Notes under the pieces: model-generated
Database searches by the model: none
What the model saw: only the letters and a program-made list of their open reading frames with translations
What the model was told of the DNA's origin: nothing
Shown here: in pieces, positions 1 to 9,517 of the stretch
How positions within the stretch are numbered: position 1 is the stretch's first letter
Layout: the number at the start of each line of letters is the position of its first letter
Program-made: the position numbers and the translations under genes
DNA from: a virus
Taxonomy: Duplodnaviria; Caudoviricetes
Length of the DNA stretch: 28,699 nt
Direction: 5' to 3' (one strand)
IMG/VR virus record: IMGVR_UViG_3300036793_000118
Span: 1-28,699 of that record

Positions 1-2
1 CC

Positions 3-221
3 GACGGCGATCTGGAAGTCCTCGTCGGCTCGGACGTGTCGTACGCGCTGATGCACCACAACGGCACCGCACCCCACGAAATCGTGGCCCGGCCCGGGAA
101 ACCGCTGGTGTTCTTCTGGCCCAAAGTCGGGTCCGTCGTGGCATTCAAGAAGGTCCACCACCCCGGCACGAAAGCCAACCCGTATCTCGCTGACCCCCTC
201 AAGGCAGTGATGGGCAAATAG
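3..221 (+). CDS. Tail completion / HK97 gp10-like protein (5' truncated)
   Basis: Frame is open from the window edge: DGDLEVLVGSDVSYALMHHNGTAPHEIVARPGKPLVFFW...VHHPGTKANPYLADPL. The VGSxVxYA..H.GT and HPGT..NPYL motifs are typical of HK97 gp10-like proteins; gene lies directly upstream of the chaperone and TMP. Confidence 0.7.
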   Translation, partial: DGDLEVLVGSDVSYALMHHNGTAPHEIVARPGKPLVFFWPKVGSVVAFKKVHHPGTKANPYLADPLKAVMGK

Positions 222-256
222 CCCGAACCAATAACCCGCATGAAAGGCAGACCCGC

Positions 257-682
257 ATGGCCGCACACCGATTCAGGGCCGGAAGCAAACGCCCCGAGAC
301 CTTCCCGATCGAAATCGAAGCCGTCTTCCTCGACCCCCACAAGGACGTCGAGGTCAGCGAATTCACCTTCATGCCAGTGGTTCCCGGCGGCCTGCTGATG
401 GAGGTCGCCGCGCAGACCAACGAGAACGGCGACCCGCTGCCGGGTGCGCTGCTGCACCTCCTGGAATCCGCGGTCGTGCCCGAGGACCAGCCCCGGCTCG
501 TGTCGCTGCTGCGCTCCAAGGATCCGTATGTGCACGTCGACACGCTGAACGAGCTTTTCAAATGGCTGCAGGAGCGGTACGCGAAACGCCCTACTGCCAC
601 GCGGTCCGGCTCTTCGGCTGGGCAGCGATCGTCTGGCCCGATCTCAATGGCCGCTGGCTCCGACAGGGACGAGGAGAACTAG
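257..682 (+). CDS. Tail assembly chaperone (gpG-like)
   Basis: 141 aa, GAAAGG SD upstream of ATG 257, positioned before the TMP, ends W-L-x-E-R-Y-x-x-R-P-T plus a Ser-rich tail, and is overlapped by a second ORF in the -1 frame. Confidence 0.8.
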   Translation: MAAHRFRAGSKRPETFPIEIEAVFLDPHKDVEVSEFTFMPVVPGGLLMEVAAQTNENGDPLPGALLHLLESAVVPEDQPRLVSLLRSKDPYVHVDTLNELFKWLQERYAKRPTATRSGSSAGQRSSGPISMAAGSDRDEEN

Positions 683-933
683 CCGAACTCGCCGCACCCG
701 AATTCGGCGACGTCGTATTCACCTACCTCGTCGAGGATTTCGACCCCATGACGCCACGGATGGAGGTTCGCAACATGCTGCTGGACAAGCTGAACGAGCC
801 TTTCCTGGAAGACCAATTCCAGACGTGGGGAGAAACCGAGCAGGCCGAACGGGCGCAGCAACTGCAGATGAAGATGCCCGGCGGCGGAGACGAAATCGAC
901 CTCCGCAACCCGGAGGACCGCGGGCGTGGCTGA
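562..933 (+). CDS. Tail assembly chaperone C-terminal extension (gpT-like), probably reached by -1 frameshift
   Basis: ORF in the -1 frame relative to 257..682 (PYCHAVRLFGWAAIVWPDLNG...), overlapping it and ending in the TMP start. No clear SD before ATG 562. Matches the canonical G/GT arrangement. Confidence 0.7.
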   Translation: MAAGAVRETPYCHAVRLFGWAAIVWPDLNGRWLRQGRGELAELAAPEFGDVVFTYLVEDFDPMTPRMEVRNMLLDKLNEPFLEDQFQTWGETEQAERAQQLQMKMPGGGDEIDLRNPEDRGRG

Positions 934-3900
934 GGACGTCATTGCCTCAGCCTGGGTCCGTATCCGGGCGATGGGCAAGGACTTCGGCAACGATGTCCGC
1001 AAGGCGATTCAGGACGGCGGCCGGCAGGCTGACCCGGCGGCCGCGGCGGCCGGGCAGTCGGCCGGCGGGAAATTCGGCGACGGATTCAATACCGGCACCG
1101 ACTCCAAACTGAAAGCCACGAAGGCGCGGTTCGCATCTGCCGGCAACGACGCCGGCAATGCGTTCTCGCTCGGCGCCGGCAACGGCCTGAACAAGCTCGC
1201 CGCGAACGTGTGGAGCGTCCAGACGCTCGGCACGGCGCTGAAGCAGGTCGTGGCCCCGGCCATGCTCGCCACCAAGGCGATCGGTGTGGCCGGGGCAGCC
1301 GGCGCTGCAGTGGCGCTCGGCGGCGCTGCTATCGGCGTCGTCGGCGCGCTGTCCCAGGTCGCTGGTGTTGCCCCGCTGGTCGTCACCGGAATGGGTGCCC
1401 TGTTCGCCGTCATGGGCACCGTGAAGCTCGCGACGATGGGCGTGTCGCAGGCGTTCAAGGATCAGGCCGCCGCCGCGGGTGGGTCGGCGGCGGCGCAGAA
1501 GAAACTCGCCGCGGACATGAAGGATCTCGCGCCGAACGCGCAGACCTTCGTCAAATCCGTTCTGGCGATCAAGCCGGCGTTCGATGCCCTGCAGAAGGGT
1601 GTCCAGAACAATTTCTTCGCCGGCACTGCGGCGCAGGTGAAAAGCCTCGCGCTGACGTTCCTGCCGCAGTTGCGGTCCGGGCTCGGCGCGATCGCCACCT
1701 CAGTCAACGGCCTCGGCAAGGGCGCGCTGTCGGGGCTGCAGTCCAGCCTCGGCGGCGGCGGCCTGCGGACCATGCTGCTGCAGATCGCCTCGGCCCTGCA
1801 CGCCCTCACCCCGGCCGTGGCGCCGGTGGTCGGCGCGTTCGCCCGGATCGGCGAGACCTCCGCGAAGTACTTCACCCCGCTGGCCGGCACCATCGCCGAC
1901 CTCGGGAAGAAGTTCGCCGCCTTCATCCAGCAGGCCGCGAACTCCGGCAAACTGGACTCCTTCATTCAGGGGGGTATTCACGCCTTCCAGACGCTGCTGT
2001 CGATCGTCCTCAACATCGGCGGCGGGATCGGCCACATCCTCACCGCCGCCGCCCCGCTCGGCGGGTCGCTGCTGGGGAAACTGGACCTCGTCTCGGCCGC
2101 GTTCAAAACCATCACCGGCGGGACCAGCAACCAGAAGGAACTGACCAGCTTCTTCACCGGCCTGCAGCCCGTCCTCGGCACGCTCGGGAAGCTGCTCGGC
2201 ACCGTGGTGAAGGCGCTGGAGCCGCTGCTGCCGATCGTGGTGCAGGTCGCCCAAGTGCTCGGGTCGAAACTGATCGGCGTCGTCAAGGATCTCTCACCCG
2301 GCCTGGCGGCCTTCGGTCAGATCATCCTGGGCCTGGCCGGCCCGCTCGGCACGATCGTGCAGGCCGTCGCCGGTGGCCTGTCGGCCGCGCTGGTGTCCCT
2401 GGTTCCCCTGATCAAGCCGGTCGCCGGGGCGTTCACCGCGCTCGCCCCGGTCATTGGGGCGCTCGTGTCGAACATCCTGACCCCGTTCCCGCCGCTGCTG
2501 GCCGACGTAGCGAAGGCCGTGCAGATCCTCGCCCCGGCCTTCACCCCGCTCATCGGCATCCTCGGCACCCTCATCAACAGCGCACTGTCCGCGCTGGCGC
2601 CCGTGCTCGGGATCGTGGCGCACCTGCTGTCCGGACTGCTGCTGGACGCAGTGAAGACCTTGACCCCGATCCTGCCCGGCATCGTGCTGGCCTTCACCCA
2701 GTTCGGGCAGGTGCTGGCCGGATCGCTCGCCCCGCTCCTACCGCCGCTGGTGAAGTCGTTCGGGCTGCTGCTCACCGCGTTCCTGCCGATGGTTGCGCCG
2801 CTGGTGAACATCCTCACCGTCCTCACCCCGCTGGCCGCTATCTTCCTGCAGTTCGTGGCGAACCTGCTGCCGCCGCTGATCAAATTCCTGACCCCGCTCG
2901 CCCCGATCATCGTCGCCGTGGCGGCCGCGTGGGCGCTGTGGAACCTGGCTATGGACGCCAACCCGATCGTCCTGATCGGGCTGGCCATCGCCGGCCTGAT
3001 CGTCGGGATCGTCGAGCTGGTCAAGCACTTCAACGTGATCACCGACTTCTTCACCAAGACGCTGCCGGCCGTGTTCACCACCGTCGTCAACTGGATCAAG
3101 AACAGCGTTCCGGACTGGCTGAAGCCATTCATTCCGTTCCTCGGCCTGCCGATCCTGATCAAGGAACACTGGTCCGCGATCGTCGCCAGCCTCAGCGCGA
3201 TATTCAGCGCGATCAAGGGCGGATTCGAGACCGCATTCTCGGCCATCGCCGCCGCGGCGAAAGCCTCCTGGACGGCCATCACCGCGATATTCAACGTCGG
3301 CCTGAAGGTGCTCGAGGTCGCCGGGAAGATCGTGTTCGCGATCGTCGTCGGACCGTTCATCCTCGCCTTCGACGCACTGCGGAAAGTCGCGGAAGTCTTC
3401 TGGGGCTGGATCGGCCCCTACGTCACCGCTGCCGTGCATGCCATCGGGTCGGCGATCTCCTCGGCCATGCATGCCGTCCGTACGGCATGGACTGCCGCAT
3501 GGGATGCGGTGAAGTCCGCGGCCGTGTCGATCTGGCGGGCCATCTCCGGATTCTTCACCGCCGCCTGGCACGACTTCACCGCGTTCCTGCGGGCGGAGTG
3601 GCAGGGCTGGGTCAACATCGCGCATGCCATCTGGGGCACCATCGGCGGACCCGTCATGGCGGTATGGCGGGCACTGTCGGGCTGGTTCTCCGCGGCGTGG
3701 GGCAGCTTCAAAGCGTTCGTGTCCTCCGCGTGGACCCACATTGTCGGCGCGCTCACGAGCGCCTGGAACGCGGTCACCGGACCGATCAAGTCGACGTGGA
3801 ACAAACTGTCGTCCTGGTTCGCCAGCACCTGGGACGCCTTCAAATCCTTCGTGGGCAGCGCATGGGGTCACATCGTCGGGAAGATCACCGGCGCATTCGA

Positions 3901-5131
3901 CGGCGTGGCCGGCGCGATCTCCTCGGCCTGGGACGGCATCAAGGCAGCATTCGTCTCGCCGATCAACTGGATCATCACCAAGGTCATCGACCCATTCCTG
4001 GACGCGATCCACAAGATCCCCGGCGTCCCGCAGTGGCACGTCAATCCGATCTCCACCAGCGGCGGCGGAGGGGGCGGAGGCGGCGGCGGCGGGCAGATCA
4101 AGCGGCCCACGCCCGGGTTCGCCCGCGGCGGCACGATGGGGCCGGGCGGCATGTTCTGGACCGGCGAGCAGGGCCCCGAGCTGGGAGAGACGCTTCCCGG
4201 CGGCGGCGTCCGGATCTACTCCAACCGCGAGTCCCTGCGGATGACCGGCGGTCGTGGCCCCGGCCAGTCCGGTCACCCCGGCTACTTCCTCGGCGGTGTG
4301 ATCAGCGGAATCAAGGACCTCGGCAACTACGCCTGGGAGGGCGCGAAGGCCACCGGCCATGAGGCGCGGCAACTCGGCGGCGTAGCGGTCGGCGGGATCG
4401 TCCGCGGCGCCGAGAAGGCCGCCAACGCGGCTGTCGGAGTAGTCCCCGGCGGACCGCTGTTCACCGGCCTGGCCGACGGGATCATGGGCAAGGTCGCCGA
4501 CGGCGCCGAGAACTTCATCAAGGGCAAGGCTGCGAAGAAGCAGACCCCCGCCAAGGGTAAGGGCGGGACCGGCGACATGTCGGCGCACTCGGCGACCGCC
4601 GCCGCAGCGCAGGCCTACGCCCGCACGCTGCTGGCCAGCCACGGCTGGGGTGCCGGCCAGATGGCCCCCCTGATCTCCCTGTGGAACGGGGAGTCCGGGT
4701 GGAACAACCTGGCCGCCAACCCGACCAGCTCAGCGTTCGGCATCGCCCAATTCCTGGACTCCACATGGGGGTCGTACGGGCCGAAGACGACCAACTACAA
4801 AAAGCAGGTCGAATACGGCGAGGACTACATCGCCGGCTCCTACGGCACACCGTCGAACGCCTTCGGGCAATGGTCCGCCCGGTCGCCGCACTGGTACGAC
4901 GACGGCGGCTGGCTGAACCCCGGCGCGACGATGGCCATGAACGCCACCGGCCGCCGGGAAGCGGTCATGCCCGAGGACGTCATGACCGACACGATCCGCC
5001 GCGAGCTCGGCGCGACCGACAACGGCGCAATTCTCACCCAGATCCGGGACCTGCTCTCCGACATTTCCGCATTCACCGCCTCGACGGCCGCAGCCGGCGC
5101 GTCCGGCGGCTACGGCGGACCGACCTACTGA
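926..5131 (+). CDS. Tape measure protein with C-terminal lytic transglycosylase-like domain
   Basis: 1401 aa, Ala/Gly/Leu-rich with Pro-Leu and periodic Trp/Phe repeats, an 11-Gly linker (4061-4093), FARGG/YFLGG/YDDGG motifs and LWNGESGWNNLAANPTSSAFGIAQFL (SLT-like ES and GIAQ motifs). Confidence 0.95.
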   Translation: MAEDVIASAWVRIRAMGKDFGNDVRKAIQDGGRQADPAAAAAGQSAGGKFGDGFNTGTDSKLKATKARFASAGNDAGNAFSLGAGNGLNKLAANVWSVQTLGTALKQVVAPAMLATKAIGVAGAAGAAVALGGAAIGVVGALSQVAGVAPLVVTGMGALFAVMGTVKLATMGVSQAFKDQAAAAGGSAAAQKKLAADMKDLAPNAQTFVKSVLAIKPAFDALQKGVQNNFFAGTAAQVKSLALTFLPQLRSGLGAIATSVNGLGKGALSGLQSSLGGGGLRTMLLQIASALHALTPAVAPVVGAFARIGETSAKYFTPLAGTIADLGKKFAAFIQQAANSGKLDSFIQGGIHAFQTLLSIVLNIGGGIGHILTAAAPLGGSLLGKLDLVSAAFKTITGGTSNQKELTSFFTGLQPVLGTLGKLLGTVVKALEPLLPIVVQVAQVLGSKLIGVVKDLSPGLAAFGQIILGLAGPLGTIVQAVAGGLSAALVSLVPLIKPVAGAFTALAPVIGALVSNILTPFPPLLADVAKAVQILAPAFTPLIGILGTLINSALSALAPVLGIVAHLLSGLLLDAVKTLTPILPGIVLAFTQFGQVLAGSLAPLLPPLVKSFGLLLTAFLPMVAPLVNILTVLTPLAAIFLQFVANLLPPLIKFLTPLAPIIVAVAAAWALWNLAMDANPIVLIGLAIAGLIVGIVELVKHFNVITDFFTKTLPAVFTTVVNWIKNSVPDWLKPFIPFLGLPILIKEHWSAIVASLSAIFSAIKGGFETAFSAIAAAAKASWTAITAIFNVGLKVLEVAGKIVFAIVVGPFILAFDALRKVAEVFWGWIGPYVTAAVHAIGSAISSAMHAVRTAWTAAWDAVKSAAVSIWRAISGFFTAAWHDFTAFLRAEWQGWVNIAHAIWGTIGGPVMAVWRALSGWFSAAWGSFKAFVSSAWTHIVGALTSAWNAVTGPIKSTWNKLSSWFASTWDAFKSFVGSAWGHIVGKITGAFDGVAGAISSAWDGIKAAFVSPINWIITKVIDPFLDAIHKIPGVPQWHVNPISTSGGGGGGGGGGGQIKRPTPGFARGGTMGPGGMFWTGEQGPELGETLPGGGVRIYSNRESLRMTGGRGPGQSGHPGYFLGGVISGIKDLGNYAWEGAKATGHEARQLGGVAVGGIVRGAEKAANAAVGVVPGGPLFTGLADGIMGKVADGAENFIKGKAAKKQTPAKGKGGTGDMSAHSATAAAAQAYARTLLASHGWGAGQMAPLISLWNGESGWNNLAANPTSSAFGIAQFLDSTWGSYGPKTTNYKKQVEYGEDYIAGSYGTPSNAFGQWSARSPHWYDDGGWLNPGATMAMNATGRREAVMPEDVMTDTIRRELGATDNGAILTQIRDLLSDISAFTASTAAAGASGGYGGPTY

Positions 5132-5141
5132 TGGCGGCGAC

Positions 5142-7403
5142 GTGACCGACTCCCTCATGCTGGCCGGCCAGTTCGAACTCGCCCCGCAAGGCGAGACCGT
5201 GCAGGACTACGTCATCGGCATGGGCTACGACCTCGGCACACCCGTCCCCGTCACCACGCTGGTGACCGGGATGATGCTCGACGGGGACCGGCAATCCGGC
5301 CTACGGACCGGCAACAAGACGGTCACCCTGCCGGTCATCATCTCCGCGGACAGCCGCATCGCACTGTCGCAGATGACCGACGCCCTGATGGAGGCAGTCA
5401 ACGCCCCCACGTTCACGCTGCAGTGGACGCCCGAGGGTGGGCTGCCGGTGATCTGGGACTGCTACCGCGCCACCCCGAAAATCGCCTGGGATGTGCGGCT
5501 GGAGGATCAGGCCGGCGGGACCATCTGCCAGCGCGAGGTAGACCTGACCTGCTCGGCCGCGCCGTTCGGCCGGTCCCCCGACGCGCAGACCGTCGCGGCG
5601 ACGCAGACGCCGGCCCTGCTGGACAACTTCTCCACCGCCCCCACCGGCGCCTATCTGGACTCGACGATCTCCACGGACCCGGGCGGGTCCTCGGCGCGGG
5701 TGTATCCGTGGTGGGGCTGGACCAACGGGGCGTTGCAGCCGGCGACCGGGCAGACGATCGCCCGGAACTTCGCCACCTCGATGAACCTGAACGGCTACGC
5801 CTCCGCCGCGGTCCGGGTCCTGCATCAGCCCAAGGCCGGCTCGGCGACCCTGACCCTGACGCTGGCCCTGAACACAGGCACCATCTCGGCGCCGGTGTGG
5901 GTGACCGCCACCGGGAAGGGCCTGTTCTCCTCCGGCGTGGGCACGTTCAACTCGGTCGCCATGACCCTGCCGGACATCGACCTGTCCGCCGTCGTCGGCT
6001 ACCGCCTGAACGTCCTCGTGACCCCGTCGGCCGGACAGAACCCCGACTTCCAGCCGATCTGGTTCGACGAACTGTTCGCGCTCGGCCCGTCGTCCACCCG
6101 GCTGTCCACGCCGCACGGCGCCGTCGTCGCGATCCCCGACATTGCCGGGTCCGCCCGGGCGCCCGCGAACCTGACCTGCACCTCGCCGGTCGCGGGCCTG
6201 GGGATGCTGCTGCACCGGCCGCCGATCGATCAGGACCCGAACCTGCAGATCCTCACCGCCCTCCCGCCGGTCATCGGCATGCCGGCGGTCATCGGCGCGC
6301 CCGCGGCCGCATTCGGCGGCACCTACTCCGCTGTTCTGGCCGCGGCACCGGTGGCGTCCGGGTCGCACACCACCGTGCTGACGGTGACGCAGACGATCGG
6401 CCCGAACCTGGCCCCGATCGACACCGCCACCGCCGGTGAGGCGACCTCGGGCGTGGCGAACTTCGGCCGCATCGGCGGCGGCACGACCACCTTCGTGACA
6501 CCCGGACTCGCCGGGTCGACGGGCGCAGTGAAGATCACCAACGCGGCCAGCGCCGTCACCGGGGTGAATGCCTGGGGCGTGCTGTGCGGGCAGCCGTCCG
6601 GCACGACCAGCGCCGGCCTGACGCCCGTCGTCGCCGGCCAGCCCTACACCGCGCAGGTGCTCATCGGTGGCGGCTCGGCGTCCTGCAACATGAACCTCAC
6701 CATCGGCTGGTACGACCAGAACTTCAACCTCCTGGCCGCCTCCACCCCGCCCCCGTCATTCGCGCTGCCCGGCACCGGCCAGACCGTCCGGGCGACCTGC
6801 ACCGGCTCCGCGCCGGCCGGCGCGTACTGGGCGTCGGTGCGGATCCGGAACTCCAACACCGTCCCGGCGTCGATGGCGATGACCGTCGATGACATTCAGG
6901 TCGAAGTCGGCTCGGCAGCCTCACCGTTCGTGCCGCCGGTCCGCATCGGCTCCGCCACCCTCTCGGCGACCTGGACGTCCTCAGCCAACACGACCGCCGC
7001 CTACGTCGTCCTCGGCGACCTGAACCTGCCCCTGTCCGAGGTCGAACCCGGCGCCGCATTCAACCTGCAGGCCGTCCTGGCCGACACCCAGCTGAACGTC
7101 TACACCGACCTGATGCTGCTGGACACCACCGGTGAGACGGTGCTGGTCAACCAGACCCCGGTCGCGTTCTCCACCCTGTATGTCGACGAGCCCGACCCGC
7201 GGTACGGCATCGGGTCGGTCAACATCGACTTCGGCGGGCAGGGCCGCACCACCGCCGCATCGGCCGCCGCGCAGGCGCTGATCTCCGGCGGCCCGATCGC
7301 GCTGGAGCCCGGGACGAACTCGCTGCTCGCGCACGCGCTGGCCGGGCCGCCGACCGTGTCGGCGACGATCTACCCGCGCTGGCAGGGTGAGCGGTCCACA
7401 TGA
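5142..7403 (+). CDS. Minor tail protein, distal-tail (Dit)-like with inserted beta-sandwich/carbohydrate-binding-like modules
   Basis: First gene after the TMP. N-terminal GNKTVTLPVII...LTCSAAPFGRS and C-terminal IALEPGTNSL...IYPRW resemble the two Dit halves; long beta-rich middle includes PVVAGQPYTA...IGWYD...APAGAYWA. Confidence 0.75.
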   Translation: MTDSLMLAGQFELAPQGETVQDYVIGMGYDLGTPVPVTTLVTGMMLDGDRQSGLRTGNKTVTLPVIISADSRIALSQMTDALMEAVNAPTFTLQWTPEGGLPVIWDCYRATPKIAWDVRLEDQAGGTICQREVDLTCSAAPFGRSPDAQTVAATQTPALLDNFSTAPTGAYLDSTISTDPGGSSARVYPWWGWTNGALQPATGQTIARNFATSMNLNGYASAAVRVLHQPKAGSATLTLTLALNTGTISAPVWVTATGKGLFSSGVGTFNSVAMTLPDIDLSAVVGYRLNVLVTPSAGQNPDFQPIWFDELFALGPSSTRLSTPHGAVVAIPDIAGSARAPANLTCTSPVAGLGMLLHRPPIDQDPNLQILTALPPVIGMPAVIGAPAAAFGGTYSAVLAAAPVASGSHTTVLTVTQTIGPNLAPIDTATAGEATSGVANFGRIGGGTTTFVTPGLAGSTGAVKITNAASAVTGVNAWGVLCGQPSGTTSAGLTPVVAGQPYTAQVLIGGGSASCNMNLTIGWYDQNFNLLAASTPPPSFALPGTGQTVRATCTGSAPAGAYWASVRIRNSNTVPASMAMTVDDIQVEVGSAASPFVPPVRIGSATLSATWTSSANTTAAYVVLGDLNLPLSEVEPGAAFNLQAVLADTQLNVYTDLMLLDTTGETVLVNQTPVAFSTLYVDEPDPRYGIGSVNIDFGGQGRTTAASAAAQALISGGPIALEPGTNSLLAHALAGPPTVSATIYPRWQGERST

Positions 7404-8872
7404 GTCGGCAGTGCGTCTTCTCCGACGCGCCGCAGGGCGGGGACCGGGTGTGGCTCGACGGCCTCGGGATCGTCACCGGCCTCACCTACTCCTCCACCTA
7501 CCCGGGCGGCCCGGATCAGGCGTCCTGGAACCTGCTGGTCCCCGAGGCGTTCGAACACCGCGCGCTCACCCCGGGACGGCGGATCGAGGTCATCAACGGC
7601 GCATCGAGGGTGTGGCGGGGCCGGCTGCAGGAACCCACCCCCGGCACGCCGTGGAACTGCGCCGCCGTCGGCATCGGCGCGGAAGGCACCTCCTACCGGG
7701 CCTACGCCCCGACGAGCAACAACGCGCTCGCGCTGAACGAGGTCGTCGACCAGGCCATCGCCCGCGGCCTGCCCTGGAAGCGCTCCGGCACGCTACCCAC
7801 CGAGACCGGCACCAATCAGGGGTCGGCGTCGATGACGGTCACCGACGCCCTCAATCAGGTCGCCGACGACAACAACCTGTACTGGCGGGTCGACGCCACC
7901 GGCTCGCTCACGATGGGCGGCTCGCCGCCGAACGCCACACACCTGTTCTTCGCCGTCGACACGGCCGGCGCCCGCACCCTCAACGGCTACGTCACCACCA
8001 TCTTCGTGCACTACACCGACTCCACCTCCAAGACGGTGAAGACGGTCATGTCCAGCAATGCCGCCGCCGCGGCGAAGTTCGGTGTGATCGAGGACGAGTT
8101 CGACCTGTCCGGCGTCGGATCGATGTCCGCCACCCATGCCCAGCAGTACGCCGACTCGCTGATCACGAAGATCGGGCCGCACACCTACTTCTCCGACCAG
8201 TACACCGCCACCTACGGGCAGCTGTGCAACATCGGCGGCCAGCCGGTCGACCTCGCCACCGCGTACGCCGGCATGGACCTACGGGTGCACTACGTCGCCC
8301 CGTCGGCCACCGGCGAGGTCTATCCCGGCCAGGCCGCGGACGTCCTCATCGGCGCCGTGCAGTACGACTCCGACAACGACACCCTCACCCTCACCCCCGT
8401 CGCGCCGCCGTCGGCGACCAGCAACCCCGAGGCTGCGCTGACGAAACTCGCGACGGCGAACTACCTGCGGTATGAGCACTGGCAGAACGACCTGGCGCTG
8501 CAGCGCGCCGCGGCCGCGAAAGCCATCGCCGCGATGAAGGCCCGGCGCAAGGCCGCACAGGAGAAAGCGATAGCGATCCTGCAGGCCCGGACGATGGCCC
8601 GACACAAGGCGTATCAGCATTCCCTCACAACACAGCGGGCGCACCTCGCCGAGCACGAGAAGCAGATCCATGCCCGCGCGACGCAGCAGCGTAAGCACGC
8701 CACCACGCCGCAGCAGCGAGCCGCCATCAACACCCAAGAGCAGCAAGCCATCGCCCGGGACCAGGCGCGCGGCAAGCTCATCACCCGCGAACGCGCCGCG
8801 TCGAACGCGGAATACAAGAAGCAAATGGCCCAGGAAAAAGCCGAACTGTCGAAGATCAAAAAGGGGAAATAA
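7400..8872 (+). CDS. Minor tail protein, baseplate hub/Tal-like, with basic helical C-terminal extension
   Basis: ATGA overlap with the preceding gene, position after Dit, hub-like motifs (GLTYSSTYPGGPDQASW, VWRGRL, AAAKFGVIEDEFD). Confidence 0.7.
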   Translation: MSRQCVFSDAPQGGDRVWLDGLGIVTGLTYSSTYPGGPDQASWNLLVPEAFEHRALTPGRRIEVINGASRVWRGRLQEPTPGTPWNCAAVGIGAEGTSYRAYAPTSNNALALNEVVDQAIARGLPWKRSGTLPTETGTNQGSASMTVTDALNQVADDNNLYWRVDATGSLTMGGSPPNATHLFFAVDTAGARTLNGYVTTIFVHYTDSTSKTVKTVMSSNAAAAAKFGVIEDEFDLSGVGSMSATHAQQYADSLITKIGPHTYFSDQYTATYGQLCNIGGQPVDLATAYAGMDLRVHYVAPSATGEVYPGQAADVLIGAVQYDSDNDTLTLTPVAPPSATSNPEAALTKLATANYLRYEHWQNDLALQRAAAAKAIAAMKARRKAAQEKAIAILQARTMARHKAYQHSLTTQRAHLAEHEKQIHARATQQRKHATTPQQRAAINTQEQQAIARDQARGKLITRERAASNAEYKKQMAQEKAELSKIKKGK

Positions 8873-8875
8873 CCC

Positions 8876-9196
8876 ATGGCCCTGGATTTCTCCAATGCCG
8901 GCACCGTGTGGGTCGGGATCTCGCAGGTCACGATCGCGAACGGGCTCGCGCATGTCGACCCGGTCAACGTCTCCTTCCCGGCCGGCCTGTTCACCGCGAC
9001 ACCGGTCGTATCCCTGACTGCGCAGATGGACTCCTCCAATACGAATGCGGTGAAGGTCAACACGATCCGCACCGCCGCGCACTCCGGGACTGGCGGTGTC
9101 GATGCGACCGGGTTCTCCTATGTGGTCCGGTCCGACGCTGCGCAGTCCCCCGCCTTTCAGGTGACGGTGCAGATCATCGCCATTCAGCCGGGCTGA
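8876..9196 (+). CDS. Small minor tail protein (H-type-lectin-like / fibre-tip beta fold)
   Basis: 106 aa with V.FP.G.FTATPVV...TGF...V.IIAI pattern and AAGGGG SD; within the tail operon. Confidence 0.6.
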   Translation: MALDFSNAGTVWVGISQVTIANGLAHVDPVNVSFPAGLFTATPVVSLTAQMDSSNTNAVKVNTIRTAAHSGTGGVDATGFSYVVRSDAAQSPAFQVTVQIIAIQPG

Positions 9197-9507
9197 TGAA
9201 AGGCAACGTCGCACGGGTGCAGCCCATGCCCAACGGCGAACTGCCGCTGGCCTATTCCAGGTCAGACCTGAAAGCCGGGTCGGGCGTATTCCACGCCGAT
9301 GGAACGGCCACCACAGTGCAGGTAACCCACGACTATGGAGCGACGCCTACGGCTGTTGTTCCCGGCCTGACCATTGGCAACACGTACACCATCGCCTGCA
9401 CCGCCCGGACCGCAACGACGCTGACTTTCACCATCAAGAATTCGCAAAACGGGGCGCCGGCATCCAACCTGCAAACCGTCACCTTCGACTGGTTCGCCGT
9501 TCTCTAG
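9196..9507 (+). CDS. Small minor tail protein, similar beta fold
   Basis: TGATG overlap at 9194-9198; 103 aa MKGNVARV...VTHDYGATPTAVV...TATTLTFTI...TFDWFAVL. The ORF-track start at 8908 is probably too far upstream. Confidence 0.6.
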   Translation: MKGNVARVQPMPNGELPLAYSRSDLKAGSGVFHADGTATTVQVTHDYGATPTAVVPGLTIGNTYTIACTARTATTLTFTIKNSQNGAPASNLQTVTFDWFAVL

Positions 9508-9517
9508 GAGACGCCCC

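Noticed and set aside
1210-4642. Very long alternative-frame and antisense ORFs over the TMP (1050 aa, 634 aa) and similar shadows elsewhere
   Set aside because: Arg/Gly/Pro-rich shadows expected from GC-biased codon usage; no SD or recognisable motifs.
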